NCBI GenBank assembly: GCA_965200245.1
Contig: CBDATS010000004.1
Coordinates: 1,344,001 to 1,408,000 of the forward strand
From: a bacterium
GTDB lineage: Bacteria > UBA8248
Direction of reading: 5' to 3'
DNA: 64,000 nucleotides
The notes below the pieces were generated by a model that was given only the letters and a program-made list of their open reading frames with translations, did not search any database and was not told the DNA's origin. Both the position numbers and the translations under genes were made by a program. Positions 51,640 to 63,415 of this stretch are shown in pieces. Each line of letters opens with the position of its first letter. Within the stretch, counting starts at the first letter, position 1.

Positions 51640-52363
51640 CTTCTTTCACTTCTCCTTCGGGTTTCTTTTTCTCCGCTCCCTCGTCCGGGCCGAGTTCAAT
51701 CTGTGCTCCCTTGAGCGCATCGGCCAGAGGGGTCGTCAATTTCCCTTCGTCCATCGAGACGCCTTCTGCTTTCCGGCCCGATTTCTTTCGCGGCGTTGTA
51801 TCCTTTTTGGGCGGTTTTGTCGATTTCGGCGCGAGCACCATCGTCATGTTACGGCCTTCGAGGTTGGGAAACTGCTCCACCGTGCCGATTTCGATGAGTT
51901 CGTTCGCCATTCTTTCCAGTAGTTTTCGGCCTAGTTCGGGGTGCGTCACCTCGCGGCCGCGGAACATTATGGTGACTTTCGCCTTGTTGCCGTCGTTCAG
52001 AAAACGCTCCGCGTGTTTTCTCTTGATCGCGTAGTCGTGCTCTTCAATCTTGATGCGAAGCTTGACTTCTTTCACCTCTACCACGCGCTGTTTCTTCTTG
52101 GCTTCCTGTGCCTTTTTCTGCTGAGTGTATTTGTAGCGGCCCAAGTCCATGATTTTGCATACGGGCGGGTCCGCGTTGGGAGAAACCTCGACGAGATCGA
52201 GATCCCGGTCTTCGGCAGCTTCCACCGCCTCCTCTGCGGTGAGAACGCCGAGCTGCTGGCCGTCCTCGTCGATGACACGCACCATCGGCACGCGAATGTC
52301 CCGGTTGGCTCTTGGGCCCGTGGCAGTCGGGTGGATGTCCCGTCCTCTAAAGCGTGAGGCCAT
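51632..52363 (-). CDS. infC: Translation initiation factor IF-3
   Basis: [30 protein letters not shown]; ATG 52363 with GGAG SD. Confidence 0.95.
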   Translation of the reverse strand: MASRFRGRDIHPTATGPRANRDIRVPMVRVIDEDGQQLGVLTAEEAVEAAEDRDLDLVEVSPNADPPVCKIMDLGRYKYTQQKKAQEAKKKQRVVEVKEVKLRIKIEEHDYAIKRKHAERFLNDGNKAKVTIMFRGREVTHPELGRKLLERMANELIEIGTVEQFPNLEGRNMTMVLAPKSTKPPKKDTTPRKKSGRKAEGVSMDEGKLTTPLADALKGAQIELGPDEGAEKKKPEGEVKEDA

Positions 52364-54242
52364 ATCCGACCGCTCCCGTGGTGAGTGATTTCGTTTCGAT
52401 GTCGCTTCGCATTCTCTGCATAAGTTCCTCCAGTGAAATGGATCCCACGTCGCCTTGTTCACGAAGCCTGAGGGACACTCCCCCTGTTTCCGCCTCGCGG
52501 GCGCCGAGGATGAGCATATACGGTATCTTGTCTCTCTGAGCTTCCCTTATTTTATACCCAATCTTCTCGTTTCGGAAATCCCCTTCGGCGCGGATACTTG
52601 CGGCGAGCAGTTTGCGCTCCACCTCACGGCCGTAGGAGATGGAATCGTCGGTGATTGTCATGATGCGTGCCTGTTCGGGCGCGAGCCACGTCGGGAACGC
52701 CCCTGCGTAGTGCTCTATCAGTCCGCCCACGAAACGTTCCATCGAACCCATTACGGTTCTGTGGATCATCACGACCTTGTGACGCGCGCCATCGGCGCCG
52801 ACATAGTTGAGGTCGAATCGCTTGGGCAGGTTGAAATCGAATTGAATGGTCGGGCCTTGCCAGCCGCGTCCGAGAGCGTCGCGCATCTTGATATCGATTT
52901 TCGGCCCGTAGAACGCCGCCTCGCCCTCGATGCGCTTGTAGGAGATGCCTCGCTTTTCGAGTGCCCTGGTGAGTGCCGCTTCCGCCGCTTCCCAATCCCC
53001 GACCACGCCGGCGTACTTGCTGAAATCAGAACTGTCGTGCACCGAGAGTTCGGTCTCGAAATCCTCGTAGCCGAACGTATTGAGCATGAAATGGGCCAGA
53101 TCGATGACGCCCAGCACCTCGTCTTCGGCCTGTTCCGGCGTGCAAAAGATGTGCGCGTCGTCCTGGGTGAAGCCCCGCACCCGGAGCATGCCATGCAACG
53201 CGCCGCTTCGTTCGTAGCGGTAGACTGTACCCAGTTCCGCCAGGCGGTAGGGCAGATCGCGGTAGCTGTGGATCTTCTGCTGGTAAATCAGGATGTGGCC
53301 CGGGCAGTTCATGGGCTTCAAGACGTATTCATCCTCGTCGATGTTCAGCACATACATGTTTTCCCGGTAGAAATCATAATGCCCGGAAGTCTTGAAGAGC
53401 ACGTCGCGCGTGATATGGGGGATGGAGACGAGTTGGTAGCCGCGCTTTACGTGTTCATCCTCCCAAAAGCGCTCGATCACCTTCTTGACGGTCGTGCCCC
53501 GGGGTTGCCAGTAGATGAGACCACCGCCCGCGCCCTCATCGACCAGGAAGATGCCGAGTTGCTTGCCGATGACGCGGTGATCTCTCTTTTTGGCGTCCTC
53601 GAGTTTTTGCAGTTGGTCGGCCAGTTCTTCTTTGGTCGCGAAGGCGGTGCCATAGATGCGCTGGAGCATCTTGTTCTTCTCATCGCCGCGCCAGTAGGCA
53701 CCCGCCACACTCAGGAGCTTGAAGTTGCGCAGCCAGCCCGTGCCTGGAACGTGTGGCCCCCGGCACAGATCCACGAAGTCGCCCTGGCGGTAGATGGAAA
53801 GCGCCTCGTCTTCGGGTAAATCGTGAATCATCTCTATCTTGTAGCTCTCGCCCCTTTCCTCGAAAAGGGCCAGCGCATCCTCGCGCGAGATGTCCTCGCG
53901 CTCGATGGCGTATTTCTTCTTGGCGAGCTTTTTCATTCTTGCCTCGATCGTCTTCAAGTCCTCGGGCGTGAAGGTGACGTCGATGTCGATGTCGTAATAA
54001 AACCCGTTTTCGATCGGAGGGCCGATGGTCAGTTGTGCGTTCGGGTAAAGTTCCTGCACCGCTTGGGCCATGAGGTGCGCCGTGCTATGGCGCAGTATCT
54101 CCAAGCCCTCCTCGGAATCGAGCAGGATGAACTCCGGTTTGGCGTCGTCGGGAAGACCGCATTTCAGATCAACGGGTTCTCCGCCAATCTTCAGCGCGAT
54201 GACATCTTTGGGAAAGTCTTTTCGCTTGGTTTGCTGGGACAT
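52347..54242 (-). CDS. thrS: Threonine--tRNA ligase
   Basis: RHSTAH, DLCRGPH, RDHR, KPMNCPGH, RVRGFTQDDAH. Confidence 0.98.
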   Translation of the reverse strand: MSQQTKRKDFPKDVIALKIGGEPVDLKCGLPDDAKPEFILLDSEEGLEILRHSTAHLMAQAVQELYPNAQLTIGPPIENGFYYDIDIDVTFTPEDLKTIEARMKKLAKKKYAIEREDISREDALALFEERGESYKIEMIHDLPEDEALSIYRQGDFVDLCRGPHVPGTGWLRNFKLLSVAGAYWRGDEKNKMLQRIYGTAFATKEELADQLQKLEDAKKRDHRVIGKQLGIFLVDEGAGGGLIYWQPRGTTVKKVIERFWEDEHVKRGYQLVSIPHITRDVLFKTSGHYDFYRENMYVLNIDEDEYVLKPMNCPGHILIYQQKIHSYRDLPYRLAELGTVYRYERSGALHGMLRVRGFTQDDAHIFCTPEQAEDEVLGVIDLAHFMLNTFGYEDFETELSVHDSSDFSKYAGVVGDWEAAEAALTRALEKRGISYKRIEGEAAFYGPKIDIKMRDALGRGWQGPTIQFDFNLPKRFDLNYVGADGARHKVVMIHRTVMGSMERFVGGLIEHYAGAFPTWLAPEQARIMTITDDSISYGREVERKLLAASIRAEGDFRNEKIGYKIREAQRDKIPYMLILGAREAETGGVSLRLREQGDVGSISLEELMQRMRSDIETKSLTTGAVGYGLTL

Positions 54243-54339
54243 AAACGGGCGTTGGCTGGCGCCGCAATCTCCTCTGGAAGTTCCTCGAATCGCTATCCTT
54301 GCGATGTGGCAGCGATTCGCCCCACCGTCAATTCCATCA

Positions 54340-54414
54340 TGGTAGGCGCGGGCGGTTTTGAACCGCCGACCTCTTGCGTGTCAAGCAAGCGCTCTCCCCC
54401 TGAGCTACGCGCCT
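54340..54414 (-). tRNA. tRNA-Val(GAC)
   Basis: AGGCGCG acceptor stem, CTTGC-TTGACAC-GCAAG anticodon arm, GTTCAAA T-loop, encoded CCA. Confidence 0.96.
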
Positions 54415-54604
54415 TCGTCCGGCATATCCGGTATAGCGAGATGATAGGAAAGCGCTCGGCGTATTGTCAACGCGCGCCTTCCACACGCAAATGAAAAAAC
54501 GCATTCGGCGAAAAACCAGCCCGCCCGCAAGCCTCCCCGTGGCGAACCATACGCCCGGAAGCCCCCGGAATGCCCGCTATATGACAACTGATGCGGCAAA
54601 CGGG

Positions 54605-55846
54605 TCAACTCGCTTTTTCATAGACGAGCAGCGGATTTTCCTTTTGCGCCACTACGTTTTCGTTGATGATGATTTCCTTAACGCCCACCATGCCCGGCAG
54701 CTCATACATCGTATCGAGCATCAAATCCTCAATGATGGAGCGAAGCCCGCGCGCGCCGGTGTTGCGCTCGAGTGCCTTTTCGGCGATGGCAACAAGCGCC
54801 CCTTCCGTGAACTGCAAGGTGACGCTCTCGAACTCCACGAGCTTGCGGTATTGCTTGACGAGGGCGTTTTTCGGTTCGGTCAGAATGCGCACGAGCGCGT
54901 CGCGGCCCAAATCGTCGAGCGTAGCCACGACGGGCAGGCGGCCCACGAACTCGGGAATCAAACCGTACCTCAACAGATCCTCGGGCGTCACTTGGGCGAG
55001 CAGTGCGCTCAGGGAATCTTCCTTCTCGTTCTTGAGACTGGCCTCAAAGCCCATTCCCATCTGACCGACTCTTTTCTTGATGATTTCATCGAGACCCACG
55101 AACGCTCCGCCGCCGATGAAGAGAATGTTTGCCGTGTCGACACGCAGGAACTCCTGGTGGGGATGCTTGCGTCCGCCCTGGGGCGGCACGTTGGCCACCG
55201 TTCCCTCGATGATCTTTAGCAGGGCCTGCTGTACGCCTTCGCCGGAAACGTCTCTCGTGATGGAGGGGTTCTCGCTCTTTCGGCTGATCTTGTCGATTTC
55301 GTCAATGTAGATGATGCCGCGCTCGGCTTTCGTCACGTCGTAATCGGCCGCCTGCAGGAGCTTGAGAATGATGTTCTCCACGTCCTCGCCCACGTAGCCG
55401 GCCTCGGTGAGAGTGGTGGCGTCGACGATGGCGAAGGGCACGTCGAGAAGTCTTGCGAGGGTCTGGGCCATGAGGGTCTTGCCCGAGCCAGTGGGGCCGA
55501 CAAGCAGGATGTTGCTCTTCTGCAGTTCCACGTCGTGTAAGTCGATTTGCGCCTCCACGCGCCGGTAATGGTTATAGACGGCAACGGAGAGCGATTTTTT
55601 CGCCTTCTCCTGACCCACGATGTGCTCATCAAGGATGGCCTTGATCTCGGTTGGCTTGAGGAGGGTTTTCCTTTTCTTCTTCTGCTCCTCGTTCCATTCG
55701 TCCATCATGATTTCCTGGCACAACTCCACGCACTCGTCGCAAATGTACACGTGCGGCCCGGCGATAAGCTTCTTCACCTCCTCCTGGCTTTTTCCGCAGA
55801 ACGAGCAACGAAGGGTTTCTTTTTTTTCTGAGGCTCGCCTCGCCAT
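54605..55846 (-). CDS. clpX: ATP-dependent Clp protease ATP-binding subunit ClpX
   Basis: CSFC..CDEC zinc finger, [19 protein letters not shown] loop. Confidence 0.98.
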   Translation of the reverse strand: MARRASEKKETLRCSFCGKSQEEVKKLIAGPHVYICDECVELCQEIMMDEWNEEQKKKRKTLLKPTEIKAILDEHIVGQEKAKKSLSVAVYNHYRRVEAQIDLHDVELQKSNILLVGPTGSGKTLMAQTLARLLDVPFAIVDATTLTEAGYVGEDVENIILKLLQAADYDVTKAERGIIYIDEIDKISRKSENPSITRDVSGEGVQQALLKIIEGTVANVPPQGGRKHPHQEFLRVDTANILFIGGGAFVGLDEIIKKRVGQMGMGFEASLKNEKEDSLSALLAQVTPEDLLRYGLIPEFVGRLPVVATLDDLGRDALVRILTEPKNALVKQYRKLVEFESVTLQFTEGALVAIAEKALERNTGARGLRSIIEDLMLDTMYELPGMVGVKEIIINENVVAQKENPLLVYEKAS

Positions 55847-55898
55847 CGTTCATTCTCCCTCGGTGAAGAGCGTTTCGGGAAATGGAACCGGCCCCGGG

Positions 55899-56549
55899 CT
55901 AGGAGCCATTGTTTTCCTGATTCTGTCCATCGTCCATGCCTTCACCCGACATGAGGTTCGATGAATCGGTGCGGGCGATGATTACATCGTCGAGCAGGCC
56001 GTATTCCCTCGCCTGCTCGGCGGTCATGAAATTGTCCCGATCGGTATCTTGCTCGATTTTCTGGATTGGCTGGCTGGTGTGTTTCGCGAGTATCTCGTTG
56101 AGTTCCTCGCGCATGCGGAGAATCTCGCGCGCCTGGATGTCGATGTCGCTCGCCTGGCCTTGCACGCCGCCCAGGGGCTGGTGAATGAGAATGCGCGAGT
56201 TGGGCAGGGCATAGCGCTTGCCTTTGGCACCCGCCGTCAGTAGAAGCGCACCCATGCTCGCTGCCTGGCCAATGCAGATGGTCGAGACGTCGGGCTTGAT
56301 GTACTGCATCGTGTCGTAGATTGCCAGGCCCGCAGTAACGGACCCGCCGGGGCTGTTCACGTACATTGCGATGTCCCGGTCGGGTTCTTCCGCCTCTAGA
56401 AAAAGCAGCTGGGCTGTCACGAGGTTCGCGATGGTGTCGTCTATCGCCGTGCCCAGAAAGATGATCCTCTCCTTGAGCAGGCGGCTGTATATGTCGTACG
56501 CCCGCTCGCCTCTGTTTGTCTGTTCCACCACCATGGGTACAAGTGCCAC
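55899..56549 (-). CDS. clpP: Clp protease proteolytic subunit
   Basis: [29 protein letters not shown]. Confidence 0.98.
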   Translation of the reverse strand: MALVPMVVEQTNRGERAYDIYSRLLKERIIFLGTAIDDTIANLVTAQLLFLEAEEPDRDIAMYVNSPGGSVTAGLAIYDTMQYIKPDVSTICIGQAASMGALLLTAGAKGKRYALPNSRILIHQPLGGVQGQASDIDIQAREILRMREELNEILAKHTSQPIQKIEQDTDRDNFMTAEQAREYGLLDDVIIARTDSSNLMSGEGMDDGQNQENNGS

Positions 56550-56552
56550 TGT

Positions 56553-57929
56553 TTATCCATCCTCTTTCGAATCGCCGTCTACGGCGCGCTCCGCCCCCGC
56601 TCCCTCCCCGGAGTCGTGGGAATGCGCGTCGTGATCGGCGGCATCGTGAACGTCGAGTTCCACGTCGGCCTGATCATATAGCCAACTCACCGTCTTGTTG
56701 TAGTTGATGTTCGAGACGAGCGAGGCCATCGCCCCGGTTGTCATCAGTCTCTCGCGAAGTTTCTCGGGCGTCATTCCGTAGCGCGCGGCCGAGATTCGAA
56801 TCTGCGCCTCTATCTCCTCGCCACTCGCCTCGATTTCCGCCGTCTCGCGGATGCGCTCAACGAGGATGAGCCTGCGAACCTGTTCCTCTGCGCGTGGCCT
56901 TACCTCCTCGCGCAACTCCTCGATCCTGGCTTCCGAAAGTTGAACGTCTGGGTTTTCCTGACGAAGGCGGCGTTCATACCCACGAATCTGCTCATCCGCC
57001 TCCCCCTTGACAAGCGTGGGAGGAACTTCGAAAGGATGTGCCTCCAGCAACGATTTCAGCAACTCGGATATCCCCTGGTTGCGTACGTTTGCATCCTCCA
57101 TGGATTCCATCTCTTTTGCGATGTCGGCCCGCAAATCCTCGGTGCTCGTGTAGCCGCGGCCCAGGGATTTCACGAACTCCTCGTTGAGTTGTGGTGGATG
57201 CGGCTCCTTGACTTCCTTGAGATGCAAGTGGAACCTCAGGCTCTTGCCCGCGATGTTGGGCGATGCGCCCTCGGGAACGTCGATGTCTACGTCCTTTTCC
57301 TCTCCTCGCTTCATGCCGACGAGGGCGTCGCTCAACTCTTTTTCGCTCTCATCGCCCCCGATCATGAGTGCCTGGTTCTCCCCACGCGTACCCGGCACGG
57401 CCGTATCGTCTTCGAAGCCCTCGATGTCGAATAGAACGTAGTCGCCCGTCCTGGCCTCTCTCTCCACATCCTCGAAGGCGGCGGCGCGCTGGCGGAGGGC
57501 TTCGATCTGTTGATCGACCATCTCTTCCGTCACGTTGTGGCGATGAACCTTGACCTTGAGACCCTTGTATTCGCCGAGCTTGAAGGGGGGGATGACCTCC
57601 ACCGTCGCCCTGTACGTCAACTCGGGCGCGTCGTCGTCCATATTGATGTCAGTCACATTGGGTTCGCCGACCGGGCGCATGCCCCTGTCCTCAAGCAAGC
57701 TGCGGTAGGAGGTCGAAATCACCCGGTTCAGGACTTCGGCCTGCACCTCCTCGCCGTAGTAACGCTCAAGCACGCGACGGGGGATTTTTCCCTTCCGGAA
57801 GCCCTTCATCTTCACGCGCCCCGAGAGCCGCCTGTAGGCGCGATCCATCTCGTCGGTGACCTCCGTACGCGGAACGGCGACTTCGAGACGCTTCGTACAG
57901 GCGTCGATGTCGCTTACTGTGCCGGTCAT
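56553..57929 (-). CDS. tig: Trigger factor
   Basis: GFRKGKIP signature; tig-clpP-clpX order. Confidence 0.95.
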   Translation of the reverse strand: MTGTVSDIDACTKRLEVAVPRTEVTDEMDRAYRRLSGRVKMKGFRKGKIPRRVLERYYGEEVQAEVLNRVISTSYRSLLEDRGMRPVGEPNVTDINMDDDAPELTYRATVEVIPPFKLGEYKGLKVKVHRHNVTEEMVDQQIEALRQRAAAFEDVEREARTGDYVLFDIEGFEDDTAVPGTRGENQALMIGGDESEKELSDALVGMKRGEEKDVDIDVPEGASPNIAGKSLRFHLHLKEVKEPHPPQLNEEFVKSLGRGYTSTEDLRADIAKEMESMEDANVRNQGISELLKSLLEAHPFEVPPTLVKGEADEQIRGYERRLRQENPDVQLSEARIEELREEVRPRAEEQVRRLILVERIRETAEIEASGEEIEAQIRISAARYGMTPEKLRERLMTTGAMASLVSNINYNKTVSWLYDQADVELDVHDAADHDAHSHDSGEGAGAERAVDGDSKEDG

Positions 57930-57984
57930 ACATCACTCTCCAGAATCAAAACAGCAGTCAAAATCACGCGAAAAACTTGCGCCC

Positions 57985-58070
57985 TGGTGCGAAGGGGGGG
58001 ACTCGAACCCCCACGCCCGAAGGCACTGGATCCTAAATCCAGCGCGTCTACCAAATTCCGCCACCCTCGC
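57985..58070 (-). tRNA. tRNA-Leu(TAG)
   Basis: GCGAGGGTGGCGGAATTTGGTAGACGCG, CTGGA-TTTAGGA-TCCAG, long variable arm, GTTCGAG, CCA. Confidence 0.96.
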
Positions 58071-58242
58071 ATCCTCCTGGCGAGCAAAGGCATATGCTCA
58101 AAACCACTTGCAAACCCACCGCCCGCAGAGAGTCCCCGGACCGGGATTACGCGCCTCTCAATCTAGTCGTACACAGGCGGGCCGTCAACGGGGAATCCCG
58201 ATCACGCTCATCCTCCGGCAAAAGAAGTGGAAAATCCCGGAC

Positions 58243-61200
58243 TCAAAGGCGAACAGCGCCCGACGGATTTCCACTTCCGGGAGTCGATTCCGCCTCGCGT
58301 CTTTGACGTGAGACCTCGTAGTTCAAGGAAGAAGCGAGCCAGCGCTCGACAAAGGCGGGTTCCATGCCTTTTCGTCTGGCATAGTCGCGCACTTGATCCT
58401 TCCCGATTCTGCCCACGCCGAAATACCTCACCTCGGGATGGGCGAAATACCACCCGCTCACCGAGGCGGCGGGCCACATGGCGAAGCTCTCCGTGAGCTT
58501 CACGCCCGCATTGGCGTCTGCGTCGATGAGGTCGAAGAGCGTCTGTTTTTCGGTATGGTCCGGGCACGCCGGATAGCCCGGCGCGGGGCGGATGCCTCGG
58601 TATTTTTCCTTGATGAACGCCTCGTTGCCCAACTCCTCGTCCCGGGCGTATCCCCATAATTCCTTGCGCACACGCTCATGAAGGCGCTCGGCAAACGCCT
58701 CGGCCAGCCTGTCGGCCAGGGCCTTCACCATGATGGCGCTGTAATCGTCGTTCGCCCGTTCGTAGGCGCCCGCCGCCTCGTCGACGCCCAGCCCTGCTGT
58801 AACAGCAAAGGCGCCGATGTAATCCACTATCCCGCTCTGTTTAGGTGCCACGAAGTCCGCCAGGCACATGTTCTCTGCGCTCGATTTACGCATCTGCTGG
58901 CGCAGGAAACGGGCCACGGCGACCACCTCGTTTCTTTCTGTATCTACATAAATCTCCACGTCGTCGCCCACCGAATTCGCCGGGAACAGGCCAATGACCC
59001 CCTTGGCACGAAGTGAGTGCTGCTCAATGATGCGCTCGAGCATCTCCTGTGCGTCCTGATACAGGCCGAGCGCGGCTTCTCCCACAACCGGGTCCTTGAA
59101 TATTGCGGGGTATGTGCCACTCAGCTCCCAGGTCCGGAAAAACGGCGTCCAGTCGATGCGATCCCGCAAGTCCGCCAGCGGGTAGTCTACGAACACCCGA
59201 ATTCCCTGAACGCTCGGCGCGGGAGACGCTCCGCCCGCCCAATCGATTCGCAGACGGTTCTCGCGCGCTTCTTCGATCGTGCAGAACTCCGTGTGGACGC
59301 GCCGCGCCTCGTGGCGTTCGCGTACGGTTTCGTATTCCTCTCGTCTTGCGGCGAGAAATTCCTCGCGCATCGAATCACTCATGAGGCTTCCCATCACGCC
59401 CACGCTCCTCGAGGCGTCCTCCACGTAGACCGTCGGCCCGCTGTAGTCCGGCGCAATCTTGACGGCGGTGTGCGCCCTGGAAGTCGTCGCGCCGCCGATG
59501 AGCAGCGGAATATCGAAACCCAAACGTTCCATCTCGCTTGCCACGGTCACCATCTCGTCAAGCGAGGGGGTGATGAGGCCACTGAGCCCGATGACATCCA
59601 CCCCTTCCTCACGGGCGGTCTGTAAGATTTTCGTGCAGGGGGTCATGACGCCCAGGTCGATGACCTCGTAGTTGTTGCACTGGAGCACCACGCCCACGAT
59701 GTTCTTGCCGATGTCGTGCACATCGCCTTTCACGGTGGCGAGAAGCACCTTTCCGTTCGATGTCTCCTCACCCTCCACCTTTTCCGCCTCCAGGAAGGGA
59801 ACCAGGTGGGCGACGGCTGTCTTCATCACCCGCGCGCTCTTGACCACCTGGGGCAGAAACATTTTTCCCGAGCCGAAAAGTTCGCCCACGACGTTCATGC
59901 CATCCATCAGCGGACCCTCGATGACCTTGATGGGATGCGCCGACGCGAGGCGAGCCTGCTCGGTATCCTCCACGATGTATTGTGTGATTCCCTCCACCAG
60001 CGCGTGGGCGAGGCGCTCATTCACCGGCCGTTCGCGCCAGGCGAGATTATCGGCGCGCGATTTCGCCTGGCCCTTCACTCCCTCGGCCACCTCGAGGAGG
60101 CGTTCTGTAGAATCCGCGCGGCGGTTCAGGAGCACATCCTCGATTCGTTCAAGCAGATCTTCCGGAATCTCCTGATACACCGCGAGCTGGCCCGCGTTCA
60201 CGATGCCCATGTCCATACCGTTCTTGATGGCGTGATAGAGAAACGCGGAGTGCATGGCCTCGCGCACGCCGTTGTTGCCCCGGAACGAGAAGGAGACGTT
60301 GCTTATCCCTCCGCTCACGAGTGCGCCCGGGAGTTCTTTCTTGATGCGGGCTACCGCCTCGAAATAGGCGGCGGCGTATTCGTTGTGTTCCTCGATGCCG
60401 GTGGCGACGGCGAAGATGTTGGGGTCGAAGATGATGTCGCTGGGTGCCAGACCCACTTCGCGCGTGAGGACCTCATAAGCCCGTTCGCAAATCTCGAACT
60501 TGCGCTCCGCGCTCTCCGCCTGGCCCTGCTCGTCGAAGGCCATTACCAAAACGGCCGCGCCGTAACGCTTCGCGAGCCGTGACTGCTTGATGAAGGGCCC
60601 CTCGCCTTCTTTCAAACTGATGGAATTGACAATGGACTTTCCCTGCAGGCACTGAAGACCGGCCTCGATGACCTCCCACTTCGAGGAGTCGATCATCACC
60701 GGCACACGACTGATATCGGGTTCCGCGGCAATGAGCCTCAAGAAGATGACCATTGCCTCCCTTGAATCGAGCATTCCCTCGTCCATGTTCACGTCGATGA
60801 GTTGCGCGCCGTTTTCCACCTGCTGGCGGGCGACTTCGAGCGCTTTTTCGTAATCTTCCTCGCGGATGAGCTTGGCGAAGCGCGCCGATCCCGCCACGTT
60901 GGTGCGCTCGCCCACGTTCACGAAACCCGTCTCGGGACCGATGTTCAAGGGCTCGAGACCGCTCAGGCGGCAGCGCGGCGGAATTTCAGGGATCCGGCGC
61001 GGGGCGAAACCTTTCACTGCTTCCTTGATCGCACGAATGTGCTCGGGCGTGGTGCCGCAACAGCCACCTACTAGGTTCAGAAAACCGCTGCGGGCGAATT
61101 CGGCGAGCACCTCGGCCATGTAGGCGGGCGTGTCGTCGTATTCACCGAACTCGTTGGGAAGGCCTGCATTGGGATAGATGCTCACGGGAACGTCGGCCAC

Positions 61201-62004
61201 GCGGGAGAGTTCACGTATGTAGGGACGCAAATCCTCGGCCCCTAGGGCACAATTGAGTCCCACGCACATGGGCCTGTAGCCTGCAACGGAGTTCCAGAAT
61301 GCTTCCGTCGTCTGGCCCGAGAGGGTGCGCCCGCTCGCGTCTGTGATGGTTCCCGAAATCATGACGGGGACGCGGTACCCCTCGTCCTCGAAAAACTGCT
61401 CGGCGGCGAACATGACGGCCTTGCAATTGAGGGTGTCGAAGACCGTCTCGACCAGGAGCAAGTCTGCGCCGCCCGCCAAGAGTCCGCGAATCGAGGTGGT
61501 ATAGGCCGCCACGAGTTCTTCGAAACTGATGTTTCTGAATCCTGGCTCGTTTACCTTCGGCGAGATGGAGGCGGTGCGGTTCGTGGGTCCCATGACGCCT
61601 GCCACGAAGCGCAGTTCCCCCGGATTCGCACACTCGAAGTCGTCCGCAGCCTCCCTGGCGATGCGTGCGGACGTCTCGTTCATCTCGTAGACCATATCCT
61701 CCATCTGGTAGTCCGCCATGGAGATGGCCGTCGAGTTGAACGAATTGGTCTCGATGATGTCCGCACCCGCTTTGAGGAAATCGTCGTGAATGCATCTTAC
61801 GACATCGGGCTGTGTGATACTGAGCAGATCGTGGTTGCCCCTCAAATCGCAGGGATGATCGGCGAAGCGCTCGCCCCTGTAGGCGATCTCGCTCAGTTTC
61901 TCGTTCTGGAGCATCGTGCCCATCGCGCCGTCGATGATCACGATGCGTGACGCCAGAAGATCATAAAGCGCGTCTATGCGTCTGCTTCTCGCTGGGGTTT
62001 CCAT
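58243..62004 (-). CDS. metH: Cobalamin-dependent methionine synthase
   Basis: [33 protein letters not shown]. Confidence 0.98.
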   Translation of the reverse strand: METPARSRRIDALYDLLASRIVIIDGAMGTMLQNEKLSEIAYRGERFADHPCDLRGNHDLLSITQPDVVRCIHDDFLKAGADIIETNSFNSTAISMADYQMEDMVYEMNETSARIAREAADDFECANPGELRFVAGVMGPTNRTASISPKVNEPGFRNISFEELVAAYTTSIRGLLAGGADLLLVETVFDTLNCKAVMFAAEQFFEDEGYRVPVMISGTITDASGRTLSGQTTEAFWNSVAGYRPMCVGLNCALGAEDLRPYIRELSRVADVPVSIYPNAGLPNEFGEYDDTPAYMAEVLAEFARSGFLNLVGGCCGTTPEHIRAIKEAVKGFAPRRIPEIPPRCRLSGLEPLNIGPETGFVNVGERTNVAGSARFAKLIREEDYEKALEVARQQVENGAQLIDVNMDEGMLDSREAMVIFLRLIAAEPDISRVPVMIDSSKWEVIEAGLQCLQGKSIVNSISLKEGEGPFIKQSRLAKRYGAAVLVMAFDEQGQAESAERKFEICERAYEVLTREVGLAPSDIIFDPNIFAVATGIEEHNEYAAAYFEAVARIKKELPGALVSGGISNVSFSFRGNNGVREAMHSAFLYHAIKNGMDMGIVNAGQLAVYQEIPEDLLERIEDVLLNRRADSTERLLEVAEGVKGQAKSRADNLAWRERPVNERLAHALVEGITQYIVEDTEQARLASAHPIKVIEGPLMDGMNVVGELFGSGKMFLPQVVKSARVMKTAVAHLVPFLEAEKVEGEETSNGKVLLATVKGDVHDIGKNIVGVVLQCNNYEVIDLGVMTPCTKILQTAREEGVDVIGLSGLITPSLDEMVTVASEMERLGFDIPLLIGGATTSRAHTAVKIAPDYSGPTVYVEDASRSVGVMGSLMSDSMREEFLAARREEYETVRERHEARRVHTEFCTIEEARENRLRIDWAGGASPAPSVQGIRVFVDYPLADLRDRIDWTPFFRTWELSGTYPAIFKDPVVGEAALGLYQDAQEMLERIIEQHSLRAKGVIGLFPANSVGDDVEIYVDTERNEVVAVARFLRQQMRKSSAENMCLADFVAPKQSGIVDYIGAFAVTAGLGVDEAAGAYERANDDYSAIMVKALADRLAEAFAERLHERVRKELWGYARDEELGNEAFIKEKYRGIRPAPGYPACPDHTEKQTLFDLIDADANAGVKLTESFAMWPAASVSGWYFAHPEVRYFGVGRIGKDQVRDYARRKGMEPAFVERWLASSLNYEVSRQRREAESTPGSGNPSGAVRL

Positions 62005-62135
62005 AAGCCGTCCCGAATCAACCTTTTAAAGACCAGAACCCGGACCAAAGGGGGGTTATAAGCGATTTTCCGGCGCGAGAAAAGCGTGAAAATTTCAAAT
62101 CGGGATTGTGAAGGAATCGGAGCAGCCTGAACTGA

Positions 62136-62945
62136 CTACCCCTCGTGGTTCACCTCTTCCTCGATGAAGGCGTAGGCGTTGTGGTCGTGGATGGATTCGA
62201 AATTCTCCACCTCCACCTGGAACCACTTGATGCGCTTGTCGTTTCTGAGCAGCAACGCCGCTTCGCGCACTACATCTTCCACGAAGCGAGGGTTGTCAAA
62301 AGCCGTCTCGGTGACGAATTTTTCGTCCTCGCGCTTGAGGATCGGGTAGAGTGCGCAGCTTCCTGCGCTCTCGGCGATCTCGACGAGTTCCTCGATCCAG
62401 AACTCGCCGTCAAAGCGTACCTTGATGCACACGTGTCCCCGCTGGTTGTGCGCCCCGCGCAGGCTGATCTCCTTCGAACACGGACAAAGGGTGGCGATGC
62501 GTACCATGATGCTCAGGACGAAGTCGTCCACCGCGCCCGCTGAGGCCTCGAAACCGCATTCGAGCGCCATCAGCCCCTCGGCACCCGTGACCGGAGCGGC
62601 CTTGTGCATGAAGTAGGGAAACGTGACGGAGAAATGCGCCGTCTGCGCGTCGAGACGCTCGCGAATTGTCTGGAGGAGCGAGGGCACGCTGTCTACGCCT
62701 ATGGCGTCGGTGTGCTCGTTCAGCACCTCCATGAAGCGGCTCATGTGGGTGCCCTTGAAGTGGTGCGGCAAATCCACGTACATGTTGACATTGGCGATAG
62801 TATGCTGGGCGTCCTTCGCCCGATCCTTCACCACGATGGGATAGCGGATATTCTTCACCCCCACCTTGTCGATCTTGACGTTGCGCTCATCCGAACTCGC
62901 CTGCACGTCGGCGAGGTCGGCCGGCTCCGCCGGAAGGCCTGACAT
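62136..62945 (-). CDS. folE2: GTP cyclohydrolase IB
   Basis: KGTHMSRF, TLCPCSKEIS, GAHNQR, FVED, ESIHDHNA. Confidence 0.95.
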   Translation of the reverse strand: MSGLPAEPADLADVQASSDERNVKIDKVGVKNIRYPIVVKDRAKDAQHTIANVNMYVDLPHHFKGTHMSRFMEVLNEHTDAIGVDSVPSLLQTIRERLDAQTAHFSVTFPYFMHKAAPVTGAEGLMALECGFEASAGAVDDFVLSIMVRIATLCPCSKEISLRGAHNQRGHVCIKVRFDGEFWIEELVEIAESAGSCALYPILKREDEKFVTETAFDNPRFVEDVVREAALLLRNDKRIKWFQVEVENFESIHDHNAYAFIEEEVNHEG

Positions 62946-63061
62946 CGAATCTCATCCTTTCCGCTCTGTCTGGCAGAACATTCATTCAAGCGGCTTAATA
63001 CGGGTTCTCGTTATTTCCGGCACCGCCCCGAGCGCCGAATGAAAGCGGGGGGAATTTAGGA

Positions 63062-63415
63062 CTATTTCTCGGGAGATTCTCTTCTGATGCGCTCAATCTT
63101 GGCCATCTTCCCGGAAACTGCCTCGCCCAGTTCTATCCCCCGTGCGTTGGCGTAGTTTATGAGGGCGATCATCACGTCCGCCGCCTCGTCCGTATAGGCC
63201 GCCCGTTCCACCTTGCGGCCTTTCCATTCCTTTTTCTCCAGATTCGCGAGTTCGCCCGTCTCACCCGCAAGCTCCAGGGCGAAAAACTTGGGCTCGCGCT
63301 CCGGGAACGCCTCTTGCTGATACCGCGCGAATTCGGCCTGCAGGGTGTTGAGCCCCTCGTAGGAGCGCGGCAGCTTAGGCGTGTCCACGCCATTCACCGG
63401 AACCGTTCCCTCCAT
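63062..63415 (-). CDS. MazG-like all-alpha NTP pyrophosphohydrolase
   Basis: LAGETGELAN..KK and DEAADV motifs; start ATG 63415 or GTG 63397. Confidence 0.8.
   Translation of the reverse strand: MEGTVPVNGVDTPKLPRSYEGLNTLQAEFARYQQEAFPEREPKFFALELAGETGELANLEKKEWKGRKVERAAYTDEAADVMIALINYANARGIELGEAVSGKMAKIERIRRESPEK

Noticed and set aside
57985-58070. tRNA with TAG anticodon as an amber suppressor or tRNA-Sec
   Set aside because: Anticodon UAG reads CUA (Leu); a suppressor needs CUA and tRNA-Sec needs UCA; its position before tig is ordinary
62005-62135. SAM or cobalamin riboswitch upstream of metH
   Set aside because: Short spacer with only a TATAAC -10-like element; no riboswitch core recognised
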